Shown: positions 40,229 through 50,654, counted from the stretch's first letter. The stretch is DNA of 64,000 nt from an uncultured delta proteobacterium (GCA_963706575.1 CAVPNL010000015.1:224001-288000); one strand, 5' to 3'. Program-made: numbers and translations. The notes: generated by a model from the letters alone, not told the origin.

Positions 40229-41563
40229 TCAGTCTGATATTTGGAACGTTCGGGGATGTTCCCAGTCGAGCGCTACGATCTGATTCATAGAAATAGGCCC
40301 TTTTTCGAGAATCAGCACTGCGCGCAATCCATCGGTAAAATAAGGATCGCCGGTCAGGTTATGCCTCGGTCTGGAAGGCGTTGCCCGCTCCACCCCTTGC
40401 ACCCAGCCGACTTTGGAAAGTGTCTGAGAGAACAGCAAATCCTCGATGAGCGCATGGCGCGCTTCGTCGATATCCGGATCAATTTTGTGGGTCACGGGCG
40501 GCCAGGTTTTGGTGGTAAAACGGACACCAATGTCGCGGCTGATCTGACCGATAAAGACCGGTTTGCCTTCAAACCGCATCGGGCTGTACCATAAGCGCAA
40601 GTGATTTCTTTCGTGGATACTGTGGCGCGGTTTCTGGCGCGCCAGATCCTGATGGCGACCGTATGCGTACAATGAGCTTATGGGCGAATACCGGTAGCGC
40701 TTGCCGAAAAGAAAAGACTTTATTGTTTTCCATACGGCTGTCGAGTAAGTCTCTTCAGCCGGAAGCCAGCCGCGGCGGGCAAAGGCGGCAGCCACATCAA
40801 AAAAATCTCCGATGATCAACAGGTTGAGCGGATCTCCAAAATCCGTACCCGCTTCGTTCGTGGTGCAACATGGTAAATTCTCGAGTGCCGTTCTCAATTC
40901 ATCCTCATTTAATTCTACAATTTCTTTGTCTGAATAAAGGCTGTCAAAATCCACCATTTGATAGTCGACCCGTATGCCGGGAATTTGAACGAAGAAGGTA
41001 AAAAATTTAATATGCTGACTGGCAATCAGGTCGATTTGCACCACCTTTTCGCCTTCATCAAGATTCGTAAAAATAAAACCTGAAACCGCGGTGTTGGGCA
41101 AAATGGGGTTTCTGAAATTCATCGACCTGAAATAGTTTTCCATTTCTTTTCGGCCTGATTGACTCAACCCGCCATGGACGGCAAAAGACGTCTCGTTGGG
41201 CGAAAAGTAATTCGCATCGACAGCGGCTGAAATGAGATAATATGCCCGATCGCTGTGGTTTTCCACTTTAACCCAGATCGGTTGGATCTCTTTTATGGTC
41301 AAATTCGCACTGAACAGCGCCTTATTTTCTTCGGCGCTCGGCACGGCAACCGTTACGCGTACCTCATCGTCATATTTTGATTGCGAGCGATCACGGAATC
41401 TAACCTCGTTAACCGAACTGGGTTCAAAAGATGTTGCCGTCTGCGAAGATGCGCAACCGGTGAACATTAGCAAGAGCATGGAGGCCAAAATTATCCATAA
41501 GGTATTTGTGGCACCGGCGATTTGACCCCGGAACATATTTTGCGTGATTTGAAATCGCTTCAT
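40229..41563 (-). CDS. LssY C-terminal-like domain lipoprotein
   Basis: FTGC lipobox; GDPLNL, YRYSPISSLY..GRHQD, RNHLRLW, THKIDPDIDEAR. Confidence 0.7.
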   Translation of the reverse strand: MKRFQITQNMFRGQIAGATNTLWIILASMLLLMFTGCASSQTATSFEPSSVNEVRFRDRSQSKYDDEVRVTVAVPSAEENKALFSANLTIKEIQPIWVKVENHSDRAYYLISAAVDANYFSPNETSFAVHGGLSQSGRKEMENYFRSMNFRNPILPNTAVSGFIFTNLDEGEKVVQIDLIASQHIKFFTFFVQIPGIRVDYQMVDFDSLYSDKEIVELNEDELRTALENLPCCTTNEAGTDFGDPLNLLIIGDFFDVAAAFARRGWLPAEETYSTAVWKTIKSFLFGKRYRYSPISSLYAYGRHQDLARQKPRHSIHERNHLRLWYSPMRFEGKPVFIGQISRDIGVRFTTKTWPPVTHKIDPDIDEARHALIEDLLFSQTLSKVGWVQGVERATPSRPRHNLTGDPYFTDGLRAVLILEKGPISMNQIVALDWEHPRTFQISD

Positions 41564-42028
41564 TTTTCAACACTTCTCGCTTGAGTTTTTGTTTAATCAA
41601 AATCAATAATCGTGCAAAGGCATGCATATACAAATCTGAAATATTTTGCAACGTTTCAGATTTCAGATCACGTGGCTGTTTGGAATTTGGAGAAACTAAA
41701 AATATTTTGAATGTTCTGATAAAAGGCACAATTTCCCACGGTTTTGATTTCATAACCGCTGCCAGGACCTGGAAGCCATGACGGCAGTGATTGAAAATGT
41801 CGCGTCTCGCATCAAAAATCTGCCTTGACAATCAAACCGTCCTTCGATAATTGGCTAGGCATCATCTCCATTGAATTTTTTCAATCCTATTTGTGACGAT
41901 ATGGTCGATTGACTGACCTTAGCAAGGATCTTCCAAGCGGTCTTTACACAGGACGGCAGCGTGTTAATTTAAGACCTTATCAATAATCGTTCCTTAAATG
42001 TCATCAAAAAATAAGTTGAGATTCGATT

Positions 42029-43423
42029 ATGTTTGAAAACTTAGATCCTACCCTGTTGGCCCGTATTCAGTTTACTTTCACCATCGCATATCATATTCTT
42101 TTCCCGGCCTTTACCATCGGGCTGGCCAGCTGGCTGGCGGTGCTCGAGTGGCGCTGGCTCAGAACCGGCAATCCGATCTATGCCGACATCTATCGCATGT
42201 GGGTCAAAATCTTTGCGGTTACCTTCGGCATGGGGGTGGTTACCGGTGTGGTCATGCCGTTTCAGTTTGGCACCAACTGGTCGAGGTTTGTGGACGCCGG
42301 CGGCAATGTCATCGGGCCGTTGCTGGGCTATGAAGTTTTGACGGCCTTCTTTTTGGAGGCCTCATTTCTGGGGGTGATGCTGTTCGGCTGGAACCGCGTC
42401 AGCCCAAAAATGCACTTTGCTTCAACGGTCATCGTTGCGGCGGGGACATTGATTTCGGCTTTCTGGATTCTATCAGCCAACAGCTGGATGCAGACGCCGC
42501 AGGGATTCCGTGTCGGGGCTGATGGTCTGCTGTATCCCACCAGCTGGCTGGAGATAATTTTTACGCCCTCGTTCCCCTTTCGATTTGTGCACATGATCAC
42601 GGCTGCCTATCTGACGACCGCCTTTACCGTGGCCGGCATCGGTGCGTATTATCTGTGGCGCCAGCGCCATGTGCAGCATGCGCGCGTAATGCTCGGAATG
42701 GCCATGATCATGGCCATCTTCATTGCACCCCTGCAGGGGCTGTTCGGCGACCTCCACGGGCTCAACACGCTTAAACACCAGCCTGCCAAGGTGGCCGCCA
42801 TGGAAGGCCTCTGGGAAACCCGGCAGGGCGCGCCCCTGGTGCTTTTCGGCTGGCCGGATCAGGAAGCCGAGACCACCAAATACGCGATTGAAATTCCCAA
42901 AATGTCGAGCCTGATCCTCACCCACGACCTCGACGGCGAGGTCAAAGGGCTCAAGGAGTGGCCGCGGGAGGACCGCCCGCCGGCGGCTTTGGTATTCTGG
43001 GCTTTCCGCATTATGGTGGGGATCGGCATGCTGATGATGGCAACCGGCCTGATCGCGGTTATACTCTATTTTAAAAAACAGTTGTTTGAGACCCGCTGGT
43101 TCCAATACTGGTGCATGGCTCTGACGCCGGCCGGGTTTATTGCTGTGCTGGCCGGCTGGTTTGTAACCGAAGTCGGCCGCCAGCCCTGGATCGTCCAGGG
43201 ACTGATGCGCACCAGGGATGCCACTTCCCCGGTTATGGGGACATCCATTGCCATATCTCTGACGGCCTTTATTATCGTTTACGTTTTCGTATTCGGCGCC
43301 GGCAGTTATTACATCCTCAGCCTGATCGGCAAAGGCCCCGAGGATGCGGATGCGGCCTATGGCGACCATGGCGTCGAAAAGCCGCCGATCGTCACGGAAT
43401 TACCCAGGATAAAGGAAGAATAA
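42029..43423 (+). CDS. cydA: Cytochrome bd oxidase subunit I (short Q-loop, CIO-like)
   Basis: ARIQF..H, FQFGTNW, FFLEA, ANSWMQTP, QPAKVAAMEG, GWFVTEVGRQPW. Confidence 0.96.
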   Translation: MFENLDPTLLARIQFTFTIAYHILFPAFTIGLASWLAVLEWRWLRTGNPIYADIYRMWVKIFAVTFGMGVVTGVVMPFQFGTNWSRFVDAGGNVIGPLLGYEVLTAFFLEASFLGVMLFGWNRVSPKMHFASTVIVAAGTLISAFWILSANSWMQTPQGFRVGADGLLYPTSWLEIIFTPSFPFRFVHMITAAYLTTAFTVAGIGAYYLWRQRHVQHARVMLGMAMIMAIFIAPLQGLFGDLHGLNTLKHQPAKVAAMEGLWETRQGAPLVLFGWPDQEAETTKYAIEIPKMSSLILTHDLDGEVKGLKEWPREDRPPAALVFWAFRIMVGIGMLMMATGLIAVILYFKKQLFETRWFQYWCMALTPAGFIAVLAGWFVTEVGRQPWIVQGLMRTRDATSPVMGTSIAISLTAFIIVYVFVFGAGSYYILSLIGKGPEDADAAYGDHGVEKPPIVTELPRIKEE

Positions 43424-43424
43424 C

Positions 43425-44444
43425 ATGTTTAGTTTTGAAAGCTTAGTGGATCTGCCGCTGATATGGTTCGGGCTTATCGCCACCGCCATTTTCTTCTATA
43501 TTCTACTGGACGGTTTTGACCTCGGGGTGGGTATTCTTTTTCCGTTCGCACCGACCGACCGCTGCCGCGACCGCATGATGAATTCCATCGCCCCCTTCTG
43601 GGACGGTAACGAAACCTGGTTGATTTTAGGCGGCGGCGGCATGTTAGCCGCGTTCCCACTGGCATTTGTGGTTCTGATGCCGGCACTTTATATCCCGATA
43701 ATCATCATGTTGCTGGGGCTTATCTTCCGGGGGGTGGCATTTGAGTTTCGCTTTAAAGCCACCGGTAAATCCCGCCGCATCTGGGATTACGCTTTTCATT
43801 TTGGATCGCTGGTGGCGGCTTTAATGCAGGGCGTGATTATCGGCGCCATCGTGCAGGGGATCAAAGTCGAAGGCCGCAGCTATGCAGGCGGGGCTTTCGA
43901 CTGGCTGGACGCCTACAGTATCATGACCGGTGTGGCGGTTGTGTTTGGTTACGCTTTGCTGGGCGGCACCTGGCTGGTGGTGAAAACCGATGGTGAAACC
44001 CAGGCCTGGGCCCGCAAGAGCGCTATCTATGCGATCGGTTTTGTGGCTGTATTTTTGGCGGTCGTCAGCATCAGCATGCCGATTATGAATCCTGCAATTC
44101 GAAAGCTGTGGTTCAGCATGCCCAACTTCTTTTTGCTGCTGCCCATCCCGGCTGCCAGTTTGATCATGCTGCTCACTATTTGGCGCGATCTGCACACAGA
44201 TCGAGAACTTCGCCCGTTTTTACTGAGCTTCGGTGTTTTTTTGACCGGCTATCTCGGTATTGCCATCAGCACCTGGCCGTATATCGTGCCCTTCGAGATT
44301 ACCTTCCGCCAGGCGGCGGCTGCGCCCGAGTCGCAGTCGCTGTTATTGATCGGCACGGTCATCATGCTGCCGCTGATTCTGGCTTACGTCGGTTTCTGCT
44401 ACTACCTGTTCCGGGGAAAAGCATCCCATGAAAGCCTTTACTGA
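43425..44444 (+). CDS. cydB: Cytochrome bd oxidase subunit II
   Basis: LDGFDLGVG, APFWDGNETWL, FRGVAFEFR. Confidence 0.95.
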   Translation: MFSFESLVDLPLIWFGLIATAIFFYILLDGFDLGVGILFPFAPTDRCRDRMMNSIAPFWDGNETWLILGGGGMLAAFPLAFVVLMPALYIPIIIMLLGLIFRGVAFEFRFKATGKSRRIWDYAFHFGSLVAALMQGVIIGAIVQGIKVEGRSYAGGAFDWLDAYSIMTGVAVVFGYALLGGTWLVVKTDGETQAWARKSAIYAIGFVAVFLAVVSISMPIMNPAIRKLWFSMPNFFLLLPIPAASLIMLLTIWRDLHTDRELRPFLLSFGVFLTGYLGIAISTWPYIVPFEITFRQAAAAPESQSLLLIGTVIMLPLILAYVGFCYYLFRGKASHESLY

Positions 44445-44547
44445 AAAACAGCGCCAATGGCTGTGGTTTGCGGTGCTGTGGTGTGGCGGACTCATCGCCG
44501 CTTTTCTCCTGTCCTATCTGGCCCGCTGGCTTATTTCGACAACTTAG
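44428..44547 (+). CDS. 39-aa single-TM protein after cydB (DUF2474-like)
   Basis: MKAFTEKQRQWLWFAVLWCGGLIAAFLLSYLARWLISTT; overlaps the cydB 3' end; below the ORF-track size cutoff. Confidence 0.7.
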   Translation: MKAFTEKQRQWLWFAVLWCGGLIAAFLLSYLARWLISTT

Positions 44548-44562
44548 GAGAATGACAAAATG

Positions 44563-46368
44563 TCACTGTGAAGGTGGTTGTTCGGGTATGCCTGCCCTAC
44601 GCAAACCATCGATCCAGTGCTCCAGGTTGTCGGAATCTTTGTAAAAATATATGCTCCGCATGTAATCCAAATTATACCAGGGCCAAATTTTTAGTATCTC
44701 GTCTGCGTCTTGTCTGGCCTCACTCAGCCGGTCAAGTTTGGTTTTCACAACAGCTGAACCCGTATGGCCCCAAACCACTCCCATCGTAAATCCTGCTTTT
44801 CGGCCTTGATCAATAAGTCGCTCTGCAAGCGCCAGAGACTCATCATACCGCCCGACCCAATAGTATGCCGTCAGGGTGTGCCCCAAAAAATAGAGTGGCG
44901 CATGCGGGTGCAGTCGCATGGCCGTTTCACACATTTCGACAGCTTCTTCAAAATTTCCTGAGTAAATTAGAGCTTCCCCGAATAGAAGATATGCTTCGGC
45001 TACGTTTGGGCCGAGGGTGATGGCTTTCCGTCCTTCCTCAACTGCTTTTTCATGCTCTCCCTGAATCAGATAGAGGAGTGAAAATAGCGAATGAATACTG
45101 TGGTTCTTATCATTCATTGCCACAGATTTTTTTGCAAGTTCGAAAGAGAGTCTTATAGAGTCGTCTTTGGAATCAGTGTAGCCAAAAGAAGCATCAATTT
45201 TATGGGTCCAGGCCAACGCTGTTAAAGCTGCCGTATATTTGGGGTCAATCTTTACAGCCTTCTCGAAAAGCTCCCGAGATCTGACCATATCTTCTTTTCC
45301 AAATTTATAAAAAACACTCATTCCTTTGACGGCATAACCCCAGGCTTCAAAATTCAACGTGGAAGCATACCGCATGCTGGCCTGTTGGCCATCGGTCAGC
45401 TCCACCTGGAGGGCAACTATAACTTCCTGGGTGATTTCATCAAGCAGACTAAAGAGGTCATTCAGGTCCCGGTCGTAGCGCTCTGACCACATATGCCCAC
45501 CTGTTAAGGCATCGATGAGCTGGGCGGTTATTCTGACCTTATTCTCAGATTTCATAACGCTGCCTTCCAATACATATCGAACGCCTAGCTCTTCGCTGAT
45601 TTGTTGGACCTTAACGGGTTTTCCCTTGTAGGTGAATGATGAATTGCGGGCGATTACAAACAGTTCCGGGATGTACGAAAGAGCGGTGATGATGTTTTCA
45701 CTGATTCCATCCGCAATGTAATCCTGCCCAGGATCACCACTCATATTGTCAAAAGGAAGTACTGCAATGGATGGCTTGTCAGGTAATGGAAACGCCATTT
45801 TTTCAACTGAGGCAGGTTCGACTCGATTAGTAGCCTTTCCCGGATATGGCAGAACACGGTAAACTCGTACCGGTTTCTTTATGTTTTTGACTTTGTGTTC
45901 ACCTAAATCCTCGAACTCTAAATCAAGCTTGTTCTCCACGTGTTCAAAAGCTGTTCCGGAGATGCAAACGCCGCCGCCATGGCATATACTTTCCATCCGC
46001 GCGGCAATGTTAACGCCATCCCCGTAAATCCGATCTTCTTCTTCCACAACATCGCCAAGGTTAATACCGATGCGAAATGCCATTTTACGCTCCTCGGGCA
46101 ACTTTTCGTTTCGTTCGGCCAACTCTCGTTGGACCTCAGCGGCACATTGTACTGCATCGACCACGCTCGCAAACTCCGCAAGCAGATTATCTCCCGGGGA
46201 ATCCACCACCCTTCCCCCGTGCTGTTGGATGAGCGAGGTCATGGTCTCTTTGTAGGCCGTCAAAGTGCGGATGGTACTGACCTCATCATCACCCATCAGG
46301 CGGCTGTAGCCTTCGACATCCGCACTGAGGATCGCGGCGAGTTTGCGTTTGACCTTTTGATCAGTCAT
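44563..46368 (-). CDS. Class III nucleotide cyclase - TolB-like - TPR protein
   Basis: AILSADVEGYS, PGDN, FRIGINLGDV, YGDGVNIAAR; PSIAVLPFDNMS..LGVRYVLEGSV; TPR tail; start uncertain (46368 or 46392). Confidence 0.9.
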   Translation of the reverse strand: MTDQKVKRKLAAILSADVEGYSRLMGDDEVSTIRTLTAYKETMTSLIQQHGGRVVDSPGDNLLAEFASVVDAVQCAAEVQRELAERNEKLPEERKMAFRIGINLGDVVEEEDRIYGDGVNIAARMESICHGGGVCISGTAFEHVENKLDLEFEDLGEHKVKNIKKPVRVYRVLPYPGKATNRVEPASVEKMAFPLPDKPSIAVLPFDNMSGDPGQDYIADGISENIITALSYIPELFVIARNSSFTYKGKPVKVQQISEELGVRYVLEGSVMKSENKVRITAQLIDALTGGHMWSERYDRDLNDLFSLLDEITQEVIVALQVELTDGQQASMRYASTLNFEAWGYAVKGMSVFYKFGKEDMVRSRELFEKAVKIDPKYTAALTALAWTHKIDASFGYTDSKDDSIRLSFELAKKSVAMNDKNHSIHSLFSLLYLIQGEHEKAVEEGRKAITLGPNVAEAYLLFGEALIYSGNFEEAVEMCETAMRLHPHAPLYFLGHTLTAYYWVGRYDESLALAERLIDQGRKAGFTMGVVWGHTGSAVVKTKLDRLSEARQDADEILKIWPWYNLDYMRSIYFYKDSDNLEHWIDGLRRAGIPEQPPSQ

Positions 46369-46393
46369 TTTTGATACCTTTGTTTCGACCATG

Positions 46394-46440
46394 TTGACAA
46401 AATTAATTCATTGCGATACATTTTTATTAAATGTGATACA
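46394..46440 (+). promoter_or_regulatory. sigma70 promoter of the TA operon with repeated TGYGATACA operator-like boxes
   Basis: TTGACA-17nt-TACATT; TGCGATACA and TGTGATACA direct repeats. Confidence 0.55.
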
Positions 46441-46453
46441 AGGAGGTCTCACA

Positions 46454-46693
46454 ATGCCGATAAGTCTTAGGATTCCCCCTGAAAAAGAAAAAAAGATTCA
46501 AAAATACGCCAAAAAAGCGGGTACCACCAAGACGGCTGTCATCCTTTCCGCGGTAGATGAAAAACTGGGTTTAACCAAAAACCGCGAACAACTCATTCGC
46601 GAACTCGCCGGCTGGCTCTCCCATGAAGAAGCAAGCGAATTGCGCGAAGCCGTTGAGGTGTTCAGCCAGGTACAAGAAGGAGATTGGGAGTGA
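46454..46693 (+). CDS. Ribbon-helix-helix antitoxin (VapB-like)
   Basis: AGGAGG SD; MPISLRIP..RHH pattern; acidic tail; GTGA overlap with the PIN gene. Confidence 0.8.
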   Translation: MPISLRIPPEKEKKIQKYAKKAGTTKTAVILSAVDEKLGLTKNREQLIRELAGWLSHEEASELREAVEVFSQVQEGDWE

Positions 46694-47088
46694 AGCTGGT
46701 TCTCGATACCAATATTTATTGTGATTACGCCGAGGGGCTGCCACACGCTGTTGATTTCCTGGCAACCCGCGGTGATGATATTTACCTCCCTTCAATTGTC
46801 TTGGGTGAACTGACTTACGGCTTTATGAAAGGAAGCCGTCAGCAATTCAATGAAAGAAAACTTCAAGAAATAATCAATAAACTGAAAATCGAAATTGTTG
46901 ACGTCAATCAGAACGTCTCCAGGAAATATGCCATTATCTATTTATCTCTCTTCAAAAAGGGGGCCAAAATCCCAATTAACGATGTTTGGATCGCTGCCTG
47001 CTGTATGGAAGTCGGGGGAACCCTTTTAACCCGAGATCAGCATTTCCAGCATGTTGACCAGATAGAAACCGTGCTTCTGAGACCTTAA
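46690..47088 (+). CDS. vapC: VapC PIN-domain toxin
   Basis: VLDTN, VLGEL, IPINDVWIAA, LLTRDQHF. Confidence 0.92.
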   Translation: MKLVLDTNIYCDYAEGLPHAVDFLATRGDDIYLPSIVLGELTYGFMKGSRQQFNERKLQEIINKLKIEIVDVNQNVSRKYAIIYLSLFKKGAKIPINDVWIAACCMEVGGTLLTRDQHFQHVDQIETVLLRP

Positions 47089-47318
47089 CGCTTCAAAATG
47101 TGGTGGGCACACAAATCTCACCGTTACGCTAATTCAACACTTTAGCGACTCAAGCGCTTCGTTCGCCAGCTTAAATACCCGCCCGCCTCGCGAGCCCACC
47201 TGAATTCCGCTGGTTGGAAGGTAGTTCTTGAAATCGCGCAGGCGGGCAGGCAGAAATTATGACTAAAATCGCTTTGATCCTGTTAATCCTGTCTAATTTG
47301 AAGCCGCAATTCCAAAAC

Positions 47319-47353
47319 AAAAAAAAGCCCACACCTCACTAAAGGCATGAGCC
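47319..47353 (-). terminator. Intrinsic terminator on the minus strand
   Basis: GGCTCATGCCTT-TAGT-GAGGTGTGGGCT followed by a T8 tract. Confidence 0.7.
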
Positions 47354-47530
47354 TCTAATCAATCAGATACCCTGATTTAAAAATAACTATCCGGCAATGC
47401 TTCTGTGTATTTCGCTCCGCTGCAAGCTTCATCCTACAGACCTCCATCCGGATGCCAGTTAAATACGGCACCGGGTCATATGCAGAGCTTAACAAATTGC
47501 ACTTCACGCTGTTACGGGCAGAAGAAACAA
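47319..47530 (-). ncRNA. Candidate structured small RNA
   Basis: Long irregular hairpin 47400-47524 followed by the intrinsic terminator; no convincing long ORF. Confidence 0.35.
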
Positions 47531-47876
47531 TTTTATATAAATTAAATATAGCGCCCCGGTTGGAGCTCATTTTTTTTACAAAATAAATGTTTCGACTAAA
47601 AGGGCTTTACCCATATCCTGCAACCACCGTCTTTAAATTGGATTCATAATATTTTCATAATTTAAAAACTAAAATATGCCACAATGTGGTATGTGTCAAG
47701 CCGAGAAATTATAATAAAATAAAATGTTATTAATTACTTATGTACTATTATATAATAAAAATTGTGGGAATTTTTTCTAAAGTCCTCCGTATTCCTCCAA
47801 GACCGGGGGGTATTCAGGCGCAGGCGAAACAAAATAGTGAGACGATTTGAATGATTATCTTAGATTGAGATGCAAT

Positions 47877-47927
47877 TGGGTAAAAAGTATCCAAAAATAG
47901 ATATTCACCCCGCATAGAAAATACCCG
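47877..47927. promoter_or_regulatory. Paired 17-bp palindromic upstream activator-like sites
   Basis: TGGGTA-AAAAG-TATCCA (47877-47893) and CGCATA-GAAAA-TACCCG (47911-47927). Confidence 0.6.
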
Positions 47928-48121
47928 GTCATAGACGATTTTCCCGTTATTTTCCGGACCACACTTACTGTTTCTCTTCTGCTTTGGCAGCATCCTTTTA
48001 AAACTCTGAAACCAATGATCAAAAGTATTTCAATGATAATAAACACATAGCGAGCTTGAAAACAGGCTGATCGTTCCTACCTTAAGTCATATCAGAAAGG
48101 ATTTTCTCTTATAGAAAAATC

Positions 48122-48137
48122 AGGCACGCCCTTTGCT
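48122..48137 (+). promoter_or_regulatory. sigma54 -24/-12 promoter
   Basis: AGGCACGCCCTTTGCT (GG-N10-GC), 36 nt before the RseC-like ATG. Confidence 0.75.
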
Positions 48138-48172
48138 CTACTAAGAGCGTATTAGAAATAGCGAGGTGAATA

Positions 48173-48631
48173 ATGTCAGCCGAACGCGGCATTGTTGAAA
48201 AGGTGGAAGCGGGATGGGCCTGGGTGAAAACCAAGCGCTCCAGCGCCTGTTCCAGCTGCGGCAGCCGCCATCATTGCCTGACACAGGGCAGTGATCAGAT
48301 GGTGGTTAAAGCCCAGAATAGCGCTCAAGCTCAAAAAGGCGATGAGGTGGAACTGTATTTGAGCACCAAAACCAAACTTAAAAGCACGGCGATTGTGTAT
48401 TTAATTCCGGTGTTTGGAATTTTTGTCGGCGCTTTTTCAGCCAATCCATTATCAGTGGTCATCGGCTTGAATCCATCACTGGGAATGGCGCTGTTTACGT
48501 TAACGGGATTGGTTCTATCCGTTTTTCTGATGCGCTATCTGGCGAACCGAATGGATTCCAAACAGGCGCTGACCCCTCTCGTAAAACGGGTGGTCATGAG
48601 CGCCCGATCAACGCCAATCAAGAGGATTTAA
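48173..48631 (+). CDS. RseC/MucC-family membrane protein
   Basis: ERGIV..AWV..RSSACSSCGSRHHC, GDEVEL, VYLIP plus two TM helices. Confidence 0.85.
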   Translation: MSAERGIVEKVEAGWAWVKTKRSSACSSCGSRHHCLTQGSDQMVVKAQNSAQAQKGDEVELYLSTKTKLKSTAIVYLIPVFGIFVGAFSANPLSVVIGLNPSLGMALFTLTGLVLSVFLMRYLANRMDSKQALTPLVKRVVMSARSTPIKRI

Positions 48632-48634
48632 AAT

Positions 48635-50164
48635 ATGATCAATCGACGTCAATTTCTATATCTGGCCGGGGCAGGTGCCGTAAACTTATTGAATATGAAC
48701 GGATTGCCATTCTCTAAAGTTGGAATGGCATCTTCAGAGAAAAGTGATTTCTTTCCCGACTTAGAACTATCTCTGACGGCCAGACCATCTGAAGTGCAAA
48801 TTTTCCCGGGTCAACCCACGACTGTTTGGCAATACAAGGGTCAGGTGATCAAAGGGGATCCCACCAGCCTGATGAATCTGGATCAATCCTTTTTAGGCCC
48901 CATCATCCGCACCCGCAAGAACCAGAAAGTTCGAATTCATTTTAACAATGACCTGCCGGACCGAAGTATTATCCACTGGCATGGCCTGCATGTCCCCGCA
49001 AAGATGGATGGTCATCCCATGTATGTCATCCCCACCGGAGATACGTTTACCTATGAGTTTGAAGTCCTAAACCGCGCCGGCACCTATTGGTATCACCCCC
49101 ACCCGCACGGCCGTACCGGCCATCAGGTCTACGGCGGCCTGGCGGGGTTATTTTTGGTTTCCGATGATGAGGAAGACAAACTAAACTTACCCGATGAAAA
49201 GCTGGACATTCCCCTGGTTATCCAGGACCGTTCATTTAATTCCAGCAACCAGTTGATATACCTGCCGCGGGGGATGCGCGACAGCATGACGGGCATGCTG
49301 GGCGACTCCATCTGTGTCAACGGCAAACCCGACTTCAAGCTTTCAGTCAGTACCCGAGCTTATCGCTTGCGCATCTTAAATGGCTCCAACTCGCGCATCT
49401 ATAAACTCGCCTGGAGTGACGGCACGCCGTTGACCGTCATTGCCACCGACGGCGGTTTGCTGGAAAAACCGGTTCAGAAAAAATATGTGGTCCTGGGTCC
49501 GGCCGAGCGGATCGAGCTGTGGGCGGATTTCAGCAAATACCCGCTGGGAACCTCTCTGGAACTGGTCAGCAAATATTTTGAAGCGGCCCTGCAGGCAAGG
49601 GCTATGGGGCCGCGCCGCGGAATGACGGGCGGCGACAAGTTGCCGAACGGCGCGCCTTTTAGCATTTTGAAAATCGATGTGGCCGGCAAAGATAAAGAAA
49701 CCCGCTTACTTCCGAACCAGCTGTCTGCAATCGAACGCTATCAGCCGCGGGATGCGGATAATTCCGATAACCCGCGGCGGTTTTCCTTTTTCATGAGACA
49801 TATGAATGGCCTGATTAACGGCCGCACGTTTCGCATGCAGGAAGTCGCCGCTGATGAACGCATCCGGCTCAATTCGACGGAACTGTGGGAGCTTGCCAAC
49901 GATGATCGTTCCATGGGAATGATGACGATGCCCATGCCCCATCCCGTTCACCTGCACGGCAAACAGTTTCAGGTGGTTGAACGCAGTGGGGCGCTGCACA
50001 GCGGCTACGTGGACGAGGGCTGGAAAGACACGGTTTTGCTGATGCCCGGTGAACGCGCAAAGATTGTCACCCGTTTTACGGATTACCCGGGGATGTTCTT
50101 ATATCATTGCCACAATCTGGAGCATGAAGACATGGGGATGATGCGCAACTATCTGGTCACTTAA
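48635..50164 (+). CDS. Three-domain multicopper oxidase (CueO-like), Tat-exported
   Basis: NRRQFL Tat motif; [29 protein letters not shown]; Met-rich segments. Confidence 0.93.
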   Translation: MINRRQFLYLAGAGAVNLLNMNGLPFSKVGMASSEKSDFFPDLELSLTARPSEVQIFPGQPTTVWQYKGQVIKGDPTSLMNLDQSFLGPIIRTRKNQKVRIHFNNDLPDRSIIHWHGLHVPAKMDGHPMYVIPTGDTFTYEFEVLNRAGTYWYHPHPHGRTGHQVYGGLAGLFLVSDDEEDKLNLPDEKLDIPLVIQDRSFNSSNQLIYLPRGMRDSMTGMLGDSICVNGKPDFKLSVSTRAYRLRILNGSNSRIYKLAWSDGTPLTVIATDGGLLEKPVQKKYVVLGPAERIELWADFSKYPLGTSLELVSKYFEAALQARAMGPRRGMTGGDKLPNGAPFSILKIDVAGKDKETRLLPNQLSAIERYQPRDADNSDNPRRFSFFMRHMNGLINGRTFRMQEVAADERIRLNSTELWELANDDRSMGMMTMPMPHPVHLHGKQFQVVERSGALHSGYVDEGWKDTVLLMPGERAKIVTRFTDYPGMFLYHCHNLEHEDMGMMRNYLVT

Positions 50165-50183
50165 ATCTAAAGGAGATCTCTTT

Positions 50184-50543
50184 ATGTTTTCCGTAACAGT
50201 ATTACGTTACAGCATTTCAGCATTTATATTTTTTATTCTCGGTCTTTATCCATTTTCTTCAGTTTTTGCACAACAGGGAAGATACGACGGCCCGGGCATG
50301 ATGGGTGGCTGGGGAATGGGGTGGTTCGGCGGCATCTTTATGGTCGTCTTCTGGATTCTGATTCTGGTGGGTATTGTGTTTGGCATCAGATGGCTGTTTC
50401 AAGCTACCAGTAAAAAAGAAGATAGCAAGCAACATGGATCCCAGGCGATTGATATTCTTAAAGAGCGCTACGCCCGGGGAGAAATTGACAAGGCTCAATT
50501 TGAGGCCATGAAAAGCGATTTGGCTGACAAATCCAACCGATAA
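50184..50543 (+). CDS. SHOCT-domain membrane protein
   Basis: [12 protein letters not shown] helix, [20 protein letters not shown]. Confidence 0.85.
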   Translation: MFSVTVLRYSISAFIFFILGLYPFSSVFAQQGRYDGPGMMGGWGMGWFGGIFMVVFWILILVGIVFGIRWLFQATSKKEDSKQHGSQAIDILKERYARGEIDKAQFEAMKSDLADKSNR

Positions 50544-50631
50544 GAATTTTCAAGGCCCGATCAAATTCTGACTTCTGCCATTAGCCATTCCGGGTTAATC
50601 TCTTTAGAGCTCTTTCTTGTTATTGGTTTTA

Positions 50632-50654
50632 AGGTGCGAATAATTTTCGCACCT
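50632..50654. promoter_or_regulatory. Perfect palindrome, putative activator site
   Basis: AGGTGCGAA-TAATT-TTCGCACCT about 150 bp upstream of a sigma54 promoter. Confidence 0.55.

Noticed and set aside
42473..43369. Long antisense ORFs (for example 42473-43369, 30051-30740, 19803-20402)
   Set aside because: Shadows of well-supported genes on the opposite strand, with no motifs
44563..47088. Pycsar/CBASS-type defence system (cyclase next to a nuclease toxin)
   Set aside because: The cyclase has the common TolB-TPR signalling architecture, is divergent from vapBC, and has no cNMP-binding effector nearby
47855..48046. 63-aa minus-strand ORF
   Set aside because: Overlaps the activator sites of the sigma54 promoter; no SD or motif
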